DNA of 32,000 nucleotides from Nitrososphaerota archaeon (GTDB lineage: Archaea; Thermoproteota; Nitrososphaeria; Nitrososphaerales; UBA57), in contig VHBL01000004.1 in assembly GCA_016871995.1 (NCBI GenBank), positions 30,001 to 62,000 of the forward strand. The letters run 5' to 3'. Within the stretch, counting starts at the first letter, position 1; each line of letters opens with the position of its first letter. The position numbers were made by a program, and so were the translations under genes. Below, one piece after another: positions 23,240-31,019 of this stretch. Below the pieces are notes generated by a model. The model was given only the letters and a program-made list of their open reading frames with translations. It did no database searches and was not told where the DNA came from.

Positions 23240-23959
23240 TTATTGCAGCATCGAAAGCGCAATTTTTGCAAGTTCGTTGTAAGTTCTATACCCCGTTATC
23301 AGATAGTGCGCACCGTTCCAGATAAAAGAGATGGCACCTGGATTATTGGTTCTCTCTCCCTCTTGAACGTAAACCCATGTCCCGTAGCCAAAACCATCTG
23401 CTCCCGCATATGCGAAGCGTTGTAACGTTGGTTTGTATGGACTTGTGCTCAACTGGTTTTCTCTTATTGCATTCTCAGCTCTAAGCGACGCATTCACATT
23501 TGGCCCAATCTTCTCCTCTATTACGGTCAGACCAGAATAGAATAGAGAAACTACGTCCGAGGAGTACCATGAACCTAATCTGACATTCTGGAGCACAACC
23601 TCTGGAGGGAGACCGGACGGGACGAGTACTGTAAAGTTAGCCCGGTTTCTGGCCTCTTCCAATGAAACTGTTTCGCCAAGCAAATCTCGACGCACAGGTC
23701 TTGGGTTTTGGGCTGGAGGCTGGGGCAAGGCATCTGCAACATCATTCTTGGGCTCTGGAATTGCCTGCTGGATAGGGATTTGTTCAGGAATTGGTTCCTC
23801 CTTAGCTGCCTCCTGTTCAGGCTCGACTGACTGACTCTTTGCTTTAGGCTCGCCTACGACCGTCGTGTTTGCGTTCTGGGAAATATTTGCGATGCCAATG
23901 CCAGCTGTGACAGTAATAGCAAGAACAAGTACCATCGCTAGAACTAGGAGTTTCTGCAT
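23240..23959 (-). CDS. Secreted or membrane-anchored protein with DUF4367-like C-terminal domain
   Basis: 239 aa. It has an N-terminal anchor (LLVLAMVLVLAITVTAGIGI), a Pro/Glu/Gln-rich linker and a C-terminal region (SLEEARNRANFTVLVPSGLPPE ... WNGAHYLITGYRTYNELAKIALSM) resembling the DUF4367 pattern. Confidence 0.65.
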   Translation of the reverse strand: MQKLLVLAMVLVLAITVTAGIGIANISQNANTTVVGEPKAKSQSVEPEQEAAKEEPIPEQIPIQQAIPEPKNDVADALPQPPAQNPRPVRRDLLGETVSLEEARNRANFTVLVPSGLPPEVVLQNVRLGSWYSSDVVSLFYSGLTVIEEKIGPNVNASLRAENAIRENQLSTSPYKPTLQRFAYAGADGFGYGTWVYVQEGERTNNPGAISFIWNGAHYLITGYRTYNELAKIALSMLQ

Positions 23960-24118
23960 TAATGGCGCACCATGGAGGAACTTAGTAGTCTAAATGGGTT
24001 ATGAGTTCCTACATTCAAATTCAAAAATTGATACCTAATCCACCAACAAACATTAGTCCTTGGTTGCCATGCAATAGAATCGCTTGGTGTGATGTTGCGT
24101 AAGAACTCCTTCACCCGG

Positions 24119-24125
24119 TATATAA
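24119..24125 (+). promoter_or_regulatory. TATA box TATATAA for the aldehyde dehydrogenase gene
   Basis: It is centred 26 nt upstream of the ATG at 24148. This implies a leaderless mRNA and argues against the ATG at 24133, which is only about 10 nt downstream of the box. Confidence 0.4.
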
Positions 24126-24147
24126 GGCAGGTATGGGTAAGAGGTTG

Positions 24148-25512
24148 ATGTCGTTGATTCACTGTATAAACCCTGCAACTGAAGAAGAAATGTTCAACTA
24201 TAAAGTTGCTTCAAAAGATGATGTAAGAGGAGCTATAGCAAGGGCAAGGAAAGCCTTCAAAAGATGGAAGGGAAATTCTCCATGGGAAAGGTCTGATTTT
24301 CTTTTTGAGGCTGCAAGCATCATCAGGAACAGGAAGGAAGAATTTGCAATGATAATCACGGAAGAAATGGGCAAACCCATCAAAGAATCCATTGCAGAAG
24401 TTGAGAAGTGCGCCAGAGGCCTTGATTACTATGCTGAAAACGGGCCGAGGTTCCTTGAAGACGAGCTGGTTCTGACCGAAGCTGTTGAGAGCTATATTGC
24501 GTTCGAGCCTCTTGGCATCGTGGCATCGATAATGCCGTGGAACTTTCCAATGTGGCAGCCTTTGCGGTTTGCCGCTCCCAGCTTGATGGCTGGTAATTCT
24601 GTCATACTGAAACCTTCACGTTTTGTTCCTCGATCAGGGATGGCACTGCAAGAAGTTTTTGAAGAGGCTAATCTTCCCGATGACTGCTTCCAGAGCGTTG
24701 CAGGCGATTCTTCTACTGGTGAGGCCCTGCTAGATGCTGACGTTGATGGCTATTCTTTTACTGGTAGCGTTGATGTCGGAATTGAAATTGGCAGAAGAGC
24801 TGGGTCGAGGCTGAAGAAATGTGTCCTCGAACTTGGAGGCAGCGACCCATTCATAGTTTTTGCGGATGCTGATCTAAGGGAAGCGGCCAAACATGCCGTT
24901 ATTGGAAAATTCGTAAATGGAGGGCAGAGCTGCATAGCATCGAAACGGTTCATAGTTGTTGAAGATGTCTTTGATGAATTTGTGGAAAAGTTCTTGTCCA
25001 ATACCAAAAGACTGAAGGTCGGAGATCCACTCAACAAGAATACTGACATCGGTCCCTTGGTTTCTAAAGAAGCCCTGCAAAAGATCGAAGCTCAAGTGGA
25101 GAAAGCAAGGAAAGATGGAGCTAGAATACTGTGCGGAGGCAGAAGATATGGGAGCAAGGGATACTTCTATGAACCTACCGTCATTGTTGATGTAAAGGAA
25201 AGGATGCAGATAGTCAACGAGGAGGTCTTCGGGCCTGTCGCTCCAATAATCTCTGCAAAAGATGAGGATGACGCAATAAGGATAGCGAACTCGACCAAGT
25301 TTGGCCTTGGAGCTAGCATCTGGACAGATGCAGAGAAGGCAAAGAAGATAGTTTCTCAGATAGAAGCTGGGCTTGTGACAGTCAACAATGTTGTAGTTTC
25401 TGACCCCAGAATGCCTTTTGGAGGGGTAAAGAATAGCGGAATTGGCAGAGAATTGTCAAGGTATGGCATGCTAGAATTTGTCAATGTAAAATCTGTCAGA
25501 ATACATGAATAG
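24148..25512 (+). CDS. NAD(P)+-dependent aldehyde / succinate-semialdehyde dehydrogenase
   Basis: It has INPATEE near the N-terminus, PWNFP, ELGGSDP, the catalytic GGQSCIASKRF and EEVFGPV. The longest ORF begins at 24133. Confidence 0.9.
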   Translation: MSLIHCINPATEEEMFNYKVASKDDVRGAIARARKAFKRWKGNSPWERSDFLFEAASIIRNRKEEFAMIITEEMGKPIKESIAEVEKCARGLDYYAENGPRFLEDELVLTEAVESYIAFEPLGIVASIMPWNFPMWQPLRFAAPSLMAGNSVILKPSRFVPRSGMALQEVFEEANLPDDCFQSVAGDSSTGEALLDADVDGYSFTGSVDVGIEIGRRAGSRLKKCVLELGGSDPFIVFADADLREAAKHAVIGKFVNGGQSCIASKRFIVVEDVFDEFVEKFLSNTKRLKVGDPLNKNTDIGPLVSKEALQKIEAQVEKARKDGARILCGGRRYGSKGYFYEPTVIVDVKERMQIVNEEVFGPVAPIISAKDEDDAIRIANSTKFGLGASIWTDAEKAKKIVSQIEAGLVTVNNVVVSDPRMPFGGVKNSGIGRELSRYGMLEFVNVKSVRIHE

Positions 25513-25519
25513 TTTGCAA

Positions 25520-26263
25520 CTACCTTCCAATAAGTCTCTCAACCGCTAGTCTGCAATATTCCTTATCAATTTCAACACCTATTCCTCTCCTTGCAGCCTG
25601 CTTGCAAGCCAGCAACGTGGTTCCGCTGCCCAAAAATGGGTCGAATACTGTATCGCCAACAAAGCTAAAGAGCTTGATGCACCTTTTCGGAAGTTCGATT
25701 GGGAATGGTGCTGGATGACCCACTTTCTTCCTGCTTTCCCCGTTAAAAGTCCATACACCATTAGTCCATTGTATGAATTCGTCACGAGTGATGTCCGATT
25801 GTCCTTTCTTGATTTTCGGCCATCGTTCTTTGTACAGCACCAGAATAGCTTCAACTGGAGCTATTACGTAAGGTGCAGAAGCGCTAAGCCAAGAGCCCCA
25901 AGCCGTACGTCTTGAAATGTTCTGCTCGTTCCATATTATCGTAGTGTGATATCGCCAGCCGATTTTCTTCGCTATGGCAGTTATGTCAGCATAGACGCTT
26001 CTTTGCCCTCCCTTATTCTTGTCAATAGGAATGTTCAAGCATAGCCTGCCATCAGGCTTTGCAAATCTATAGCATTTGGCCAACCATTTGCTAGTGAAAG
26101 TCAGATAATCGTCATAAGAAATTCCATCATTGTAATTGGCATATTTTACATTCACATCGTAAGGAGGCGACGTAATGATAAGGTCTACACTTTCAATCCC
26201 TTTTAGTGCAAGAATGTTTGCGTTGTAGATCTGAATGGAATCAGTTCCAAAGAACGGTTTCAT
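25520..26263 (-). CDS. Beta-class (N4-cytosine/N6-adenine) DNA methyltransferase, SPPY type
   Basis: Motif IV (DLIITSPPY) precedes motif I (FDPFLGSGTT), which is the N6_N4_Mtase order. I prefer the ATG at 26263 (MKPFFGTDS...), which leaves an 86-nt divergent gap. The longest ORF uses GTG 26335. Confidence 0.85.
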   Translation of the reverse strand: MKPFFGTDSIQIYNANILALKGIESVDLIITSPPYDVNVKYANYNDGISYDDYLTFTSKWLAKCYRFAKPDGRLCLNIPIDKNKGGQRSVYADITAIAKKIGWRYHTTIIWNEQNISRRTAWGSWLSASAPYVIAPVEAILVLYKERWPKIKKGQSDITRDEFIQWTNGVWTFNGESRKKVGHPAPFPIELPKRCIKLFSFVGDTVFDPFLGSGTTLLACKQAARRGIGVEIDKEYCRLAVERLIGR

Positions 26264-26349
26264 AGATTCGCGATTCTGGAGAGGCTTTAGCCTTAATAAA
26301 TAGCCTTTCAATATCAAGCTTGGAGTGACTGGCACGAAAGTGATGCGGA

Positions 26350-28134
26350 ATGAGCCAAGAAGAGCTGCGACAACCCATAGTGGTAGTGCTGGGTCATGTA
26401 GACTCTGGCAAAACCTCCCTGCTGGACAAGATTAGGGGTACAGCAGTTCAAGCTAGAGAGCATGGAGGAATAACGCAGCACATTGGTGCAAGTTTCTTCC
26501 CGCTAGATCTGCTGAAGGAAATCTGCGGCCCAACGTTAGGCAAAAATGTCCAGATCAAGATTCCTGGCCTGCTTGTAATTGACACGCCGGGACACGAAGT
26601 CTTCTCGAACCTTAGGAGCAGAGGAGGTTCAGCGGCAGATATTGCAATTCTTGTCGTGGATATTATGAAGGGCTTTGAGCAGCAGACCTACGAAAGTGTA
26701 GAGATTCTCAAGAAGAAAAAAGTTCCCTTCGTAGTCGCACTGAACAAGCTTGACACGCTACCGGGCTGGAAAACTACATCAAAGAAATCGTTGTCCGAAG
26801 AGCTGCAACGCATGGACAAAGCTGTCAGCAACATACTTGATACGAAGATTTACGATGTTGTCGGCGCATTATCAAGGGCAGGTTTTGTATCAGAAGCTTT
26901 CTTCAGGGTAAAGAACTTCACAAAAGAAATTGGAATTGTGCCAGCCAGTGCAAAGACTGGCCAGGGAATACCTGAACTGATATCAGTATTGGTAGGGCTT
27001 ACCCAGCAGTACCTTGCACGGAAGCTCATCGCAAAGAGAGACAGTGCTAAAGGCATTGTGCTCGAAGTAAAAGAAGAACCGGGGTTAGGGCAGACTGCAA
27101 ACATAATTCTGATTGATGGAATCTTGCGGACTCATAGCAATATTGTATCTGCAAAGAAGGACGGTGCGGTAGTTATGAAGGTCAAGGCTATGTTCATGCC
27201 GAAACCTCTGGATGAGATGAGAGACCCTCGCGATAGGTTCACCCCTGTAGAGCAAGTAGTTGCTGCTGCAGGAGTCAAAATTACAACGCCTGACCTTGAA
27301 GGAACTCTGCCAGGATCGCCAATAATAGGAATTTCTGAAGACGAGAGCCCGCAGAATGCGATAGAGCAGGTCAATTCTGAGATCAAGGGAGTCTTCGTAG
27401 AAACTGACCAATTGGGAGTAGTCGTAAAGTCTGATGCTATAGGTTCTCTAGAAGCCATAGTTGAAATTTTGAAGGGAAAAAAGGTGCAGATAAGACGTGC
27501 AGACATCGGACCAGTTTCTAGAAGAGATGTGGTAGAAGCATCGCTTGTTGCAGGAGATGATAGATATCTTGGAGTAATACTCGCTTTTGGCATTAAAATA
27601 TTCGACGATGCAAAGGATGAAGCGCTCGCGAAGGGTGTAAGAATCTTCTCCGACCAAGTGATCTACAGTCTTATTGACACATATACGGACTGGGTAGAAA
27701 AAGAGAAAGAAGCTGAATCAAAGGCAGAGCTCTCTCAAATAACTTATCCCTGCAAGTTCAAGCTTATGAAAGGAATGGTATTCAGGAGGAGCAATCCTGC
27801 TGTCTTTGGCGTCGAAATCCTGAGCGGGAAACTGCAGAAGAAGGCAGTCGTGATAAACTCCAAAGGCGAGAAAGTTGGGGAAATTGAGCAGATTCAGGAC
27901 AAAAATACATCACTTCAGGAAGCGGTTGCAGGAAGCGAAGTTGCAGTATCAATGGATAAAGTCATAATCGGAAGAACCATACTTGAAGGAGAGACTCTTT
28001 TTACGTTACCTGCGGACAAACACGTAAGAATCCTGCGTGAAAAATACAAGGATGTAATGGCACCGGACGAGCTTAAAACATTCGAAGAAATACTAGATCT
28101 GAGGAGGAAGGTCGCGCCTCTGTACGGATTTTAA
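26350..28134 (+). CDS. infB: Translation initiation factor aIF5B (IF-2)
   Basis: 594 aa with the GTPase motifs GHVDSGKTSLLD, DTPGHEVF and LNKLD, and typical aIF5B domain order and length. Confidence 0.95.
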   Translation: MSQEELRQPIVVVLGHVDSGKTSLLDKIRGTAVQAREHGGITQHIGASFFPLDLLKEICGPTLGKNVQIKIPGLLVIDTPGHEVFSNLRSRGGSAADIAILVVDIMKGFEQQTYESVEILKKKKVPFVVALNKLDTLPGWKTTSKKSLSEELQRMDKAVSNILDTKIYDVVGALSRAGFVSEAFFRVKNFTKEIGIVPASAKTGQGIPELISVLVGLTQQYLARKLIAKRDSAKGIVLEVKEEPGLGQTANIILIDGILRTHSNIVSAKKDGAVVMKVKAMFMPKPLDEMRDPRDRFTPVEQVVAAAGVKITTPDLEGTLPGSPIIGISEDESPQNAIEQVNSEIKGVFVETDQLGVVVKSDAIGSLEAIVEILKGKKVQIRRADIGPVSRRDVVEASLVAGDDRYLGVILAFGIKIFDDAKDEALAKGVRIFSDQVIYSLIDTYTDWVEKEKEAESKAELSQITYPCKFKLMKGMVFRRSNPAVFGVEILSGKLQKKAVVINSKGEKVGEIEQIQDKNTSLQEAVAGSEVAVSMDKVIIGRTILEGETLFTLPADKHVRILREKYKDVMAPDELKTFEEILDLRRKVAPLYGF

Positions 28135-28175
28135 AACCTTTTAAGCCCAAAAATTGCAAAGCTTTTGAACCAAAT

Positions 28176-28559
28176 TTGGCTAACTTTAAGATCATAGTTT
28201 CGGATCCCTCTTCAGGGAAGTCCCAAGTAGTGGAGGCTAAGGAAAATCAAGCACAGCCTCTTGTTGGGATGAAGATCGGTGATGTGTTTGATGGCACAAT
28301 TATAGGAGTTAATGGTAAGGTGAAGATAACCGGTGGGAGCGACAAAGCTGGTTTTCCCATGCGCAGCGACGTTTCTGGTGGTGCGAAGAAATACGTGCTT
28401 CTTACAAAGGGCGTTGGCTTCAGCTCAGCAGAGAAAGGAGCTAAAAAGAGAAAGCTGGTAAGAGGGAACATCATTACAGAAGAGATATACCAGCTGAATG
28501 CGATTCAAGTAAAGGAGACAAAAGCGAAGCCAATTGCCGAAAATCCCAAGACAGCCTGA
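28176..28559 (+). CDS. rps6e: Ribosomal protein eS6 (S6e)
   Basis: 127 aa beginning MANFKIIVSDPSSGKS, with ITGGSDKAGFPMR. The start is TTG, and the next Met would remove the conserved N-terminus. Confidence 0.9.
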   Translation: MANFKIIVSDPSSGKSQVVEAKENQAQPLVGMKIGDVFDGTIIGVNGKVKITGGSDKAGFPMRSDVSGGAKKYVLLTKGVGFSSAEKGAKKRKLVRGNIITEEIYQLNAIQVKETKAKPIAENPKTA

Positions 28560-29760
28560 TACCAACATCGGAACTGCTGGTCATGTAGACCATGGCAAGA
28601 GCACTATTATTCAAGCAATAACTGGAGTCTGGACAAGCGCTCACAGCGAAGAGCTCCGAAGAGGCATCACAATCAGAGTGGGATATGCTGACGCTGCAAT
28701 ATACGAATGCAAGGCTTGCTCTGCTCCTGTAGGTTATTCGACATCTCCAAAATGTCCCAACTGTGGAAAAGAATCAGAATTAAGAAGAGTAATTAGTTTT
28801 GTAGACTGTCCAGGCCATGAAAGCCTGATGGCAAACATGCTTTCTGGTGCAGCGATAATGGACGGTGCTATGCTTGTCATAGCAGCAAACGAGAAAGTTC
28901 CGCAGCCTCAGACAAGAGAGCATCTACTGGCTTTGCAGATGCTTGGAGCCAAGCAAGTCGTTATCGTGCAGAATAAGGTTGATCTTATAAGCGAAGCAGA
29001 GGCTAGAGCAAATTATGACAACATAAAATCCTTCGTTGCAGGCTCTGTTGCTGAGAATGCGTCGATAATACCAATCTCTGCTCAGCACAAGTTGAACATA
29101 GATGCCCTGTTGCAGGCTCTGGACGAGAATATAAAAGCAGCAAGGAGAGACACTAACGCGCCTCCAATGATGCAAGTCTTGAGGTCGTTCGACATAAACA
29201 GGCCTGGCATTATCATAGATTCCCTGAAGGGTGGAGTAGTGGGAGGGACATTGTTGCAAGGAGTTCTGAATATAGGTGACGAAATAGAAATCAGACCCGG
29301 GATTGCGGACGAGAAATCACATTATATGTCAATTCGAACAAAGGTAGCAAGCCTTGCTACTGGTGCAGGTTTGACAGATGCAGTAAAGCCAGGTGGCTTG
29401 GTTGCCGTAGGCACCGAGCTTGACCCATTTTATGTAAAGAGCGATAACCTTGTCGGCTCCTTGATAGGCAAAACCAATGATCTCCCTCCAGTCCACGAAA
29501 CTCTTACAGTAGAAACTCAATTGTTTGACCTTGCAGTCGGGGCACCTGAGATGATAAAAGTCGAAAAGATAAAGGTAGGTGAAGCATTAAGGCTTAATGT
29601 TGGAACAGCTATCACTGCTGGTATTGTATCTGCAACTAAAGACTCTAGCATAACAGTCAAGCTGCGGAGACCTGTTTGCACCCCAGAGAATAGCAGGGTG
29701 GCATTAAGCAGGAGAATTGGAGAGCGGTGGCGACTTATAGGATCTGGTAAACTTTCCTAG
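28534..29760 (+). CDS. eif2g: Translation initiation factor aIF2 gamma subunit
   Basis: 408 aa with GHVDHGKST, the zinc knuckle CKAC...CPNC, DCPGHE and QNKVD. The TTG start overlaps rps6e by 26 nt. Confidence 0.95.
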   Translation: MPKIPRQPDTNIGTAGHVDHGKSTIIQAITGVWTSAHSEELRRGITIRVGYADAAIYECKACSAPVGYSTSPKCPNCGKESELRRVISFVDCPGHESLMANMLSGAAIMDGAMLVIAANEKVPQPQTREHLLALQMLGAKQVVIVQNKVDLISEAEARANYDNIKSFVAGSVAENASIIPISAQHKLNIDALLQALDENIKAARRDTNAPPMMQVLRSFDINRPGIIIDSLKGGVVGGTLLQGVLNIGDEIEIRPGIADEKSHYMSIRTKVASLATGAGLTDAVKPGGLVAVGTELDPFYVKSDNLVGSLIGKTNDLPPVHETLTVETQLFDLAVGAPEMIKVEKIKVGEALRLNVGTAITAGIVSATKDSSITVKLRRPVCTPENSRVALSRRIGERWRLIGSGKLS

Positions 29761-30144
29761 ATGACTAAAAAAGAAATCGTTTTGGATTCAAACTTTCTGA
29801 TGGTTCTTTCAAGAACAAAGCTCTCCGAGACTCTGCCCTTGAACTCCCTGCTCGCCAATTACAAGATGATTGTGCCAAAAGCTATTGTTGGAGAGCTAGA
29901 AAAGCTAGCAAAAGGAAAATCCAACAAAGCGAAGAATGCAAGAACTGCTCTTGGAGTTGCAAGAAAGTGTGAAGCAATAGATGAAAACATCGAAGGAAGT
30001 GCTGATGACGCTATATTGGAAGTTGCACATAAACGAAATGCTGTAGTTGCTACGCTAGATAGAGAACTAATTGCTAGTTTGAAAAGAACGGGCGTACCTG
30101 TGGTAACGCTGAGAAAGAACAGGCTAGAAGGATTGGATGTGTGA
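29761..30144 (+). CDS. PIN-domain protein (Fcf1/Utp24-like, COG1412-type)
   Basis: 127 aa with VLDSNFLM, ADDAILEVA and VATLDRELI acidic motifs. The ATG directly abuts the aIF2gamma TAG. This is the conserved archaeal position between aIF2gamma and rpoE'. Confidence 0.8.
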   Translation: MTKKEIVLDSNFLMVLSRTKLSETLPLNSLLANYKMIVPKAIVGELEKLAKGKSNKAKNARTALGVARKCEAIDENIEGSADDAILEVAHKRNAVVATLDRELIASLKRTGVPVVTLRKNRLEGLDV

Positions 30145-30200
30145 AGGGAAAAACTCTTAAACCTTGCCATTTTCTGTCAGAAGCCTCCGGGGATGTTGTT

Positions 30201-30773
30201 TTGTTTCAGGTAATTGAATTAAATGATGTAGTTAGACTGCCTCCTGCAAAATTTGGAGAGCCTCTGCAGGATGTAGCAAAAGAAATTCTGAAGCAGAAGT
30301 ATGAGAGTTTGATCTCTCCAGATCTAGGCTACGTAATTCTAATAATGGGTGTAAAAGCAGACGAAGTAGGCAAAGTAATCCCGGGAGATGGCTCAACGTA
30401 TCACAAGGCTAAAGTTGAGCTATTGACATTCATTCCCAAGATACAGGAAGTTGTTGAGGGTGAAATAGTAGAAATTACTGACTTTGGAGCATTCGTTAGA
30501 GTGGGTCCAGCAGATGCACTGTTGCACCTTTCGCAAATTACGGACGATTATCTGACCAGCGACGTGAAGCAGGGCATGATACTTGCCAGCCAGAGCAAGA
30601 GAACCTTAAAGGTTGGATCAAGGGTCAGGGTCAGAATAACCGCGGTAAGTTTGGGTAGAGGAGCAGCTATGGCAAAGATCGGAGTTACCTGCAGGCAACC
30701 ACTTCTTGGTGCGTTGGAATGGATCGAAGAGGATGCCAAGAAATCATCCAAGGCTGAATCAAAGAAGGGTTAA
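30201..30773 (+). CDS. rpoE1: DNA-directed RNA polymerase subunit Rpo7 (E')
   Basis: The TTG at 30201 gives MFQVIELNDVVRLPP, a typical Rpo7 N-terminus, and a 190-aa product. It has the S1 domain VEGEIVEITDFGAFVRVG. The longest ORF starts at GTG 30141 and adds 20 residues not found in Rpo7. Confidence 0.9.
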   Translation: MFQVIELNDVVRLPPAKFGEPLQDVAKEILKQKYESLISPDLGYVILIMGVKADEVGKVIPGDGSTYHKAKVELLTFIPKIQEVVEGEIVEITDFGAFVRVGPADALLHLSQITDDYLTSDVKQGMILASQSKRTLKVGSRVRVRITAVSLGRGAAMAKIGVTCRQPLLGALEWIEEDAKKSSKAESKKG

Positions 30774-30775
30774 AA

Positions 30776-30964
30776 TTGGCTAAAGAATATGCGTGCAGGA
30801 TTTGCAGGACGCTTACCACAGGCAGGGTATGTCCAAACTGCAATTCTACGGAATTAAGCTCTAACTGGTCAGGCCTTGTAGTCGTCTTAAACGTGGAAAA
30901 ATCTCAAATTGCAAAAGCCTTAGCGGCCCAGAAGCCGGGTAGATATGCTTTGAAGGTAGCTTAA
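30776..30964 (+). CDS. spt4: Transcription elongation factor Spt4 (RpoE'')
   Basis: 62 aa with the zinc ribbon CRIC-x9-CPNC followed by NWSG. The start is TTG, and the ORF contains no other Met. Confidence 0.85.
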   Translation: MAKEYACRICRTLTTGRVCPNCNSTELSSNWSGLVVVLNVEKSQIAKALAAQKPGRYALKVA

Positions 30965-30981
30965 GATTTGTCCTCAATTGT

Positions 30982-30989
30982 TAAATAAC
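30982..30989 (+). promoter_or_regulatory. Candidate TATA box TTAAATAA for the downstream surface-protein gene
   Basis: It lies in the 55-nt gap after spt4, centred about 34 nt upstream of the ATG at 31020. Confidence 0.3.
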
Positions 30990-31019
30990 CTTGATGCGAG
31001 CGTATCAAACATGAAGGCC

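Noticed and set aside
23159-23425. 88-aa plus-strand ORF
   Set aside because: It is antisense to the conserved C-terminal domain of the 23240..23959 protein and has shadow-ORF composition.
24133-24147. Longest-ORF start for the aldehyde dehydrogenase (MGKRL...)
   Set aside because: This ATG lies only about 10 nt downstream of the TATATAA box, too close for a TSS. The second ATG (24148) has the canonical 26-nt spacing and still precedes the conserved INPATEE.
23959-24162. 67-aa minus-strand ORF across the divergent promoter region
   Set aside because: It spans the TATA box and the 5' end of the aldehyde dehydrogenase gene. It has no motifs and would share its last base with the start of the DUF4367-like gene. 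It is most likely a chance ORF in A/T-rich intergenic DNA.
25513-26349. Search for a restriction endonuclease or other defence partner next to the methyltransferase
   Set aside because: Both flanks are occupied by confidently identified housekeeping genes, with gaps of 7 nt and 14-86 nt. No unassigned ORF is available.
28150-28165. AAAGCTTT palindrome between aIF5B and rps6e
   Set aside because: It is only 8 bp, essentially a HindIII site with flanking A/T, so chance occurrence is likely. No T-run or second half-site is present.
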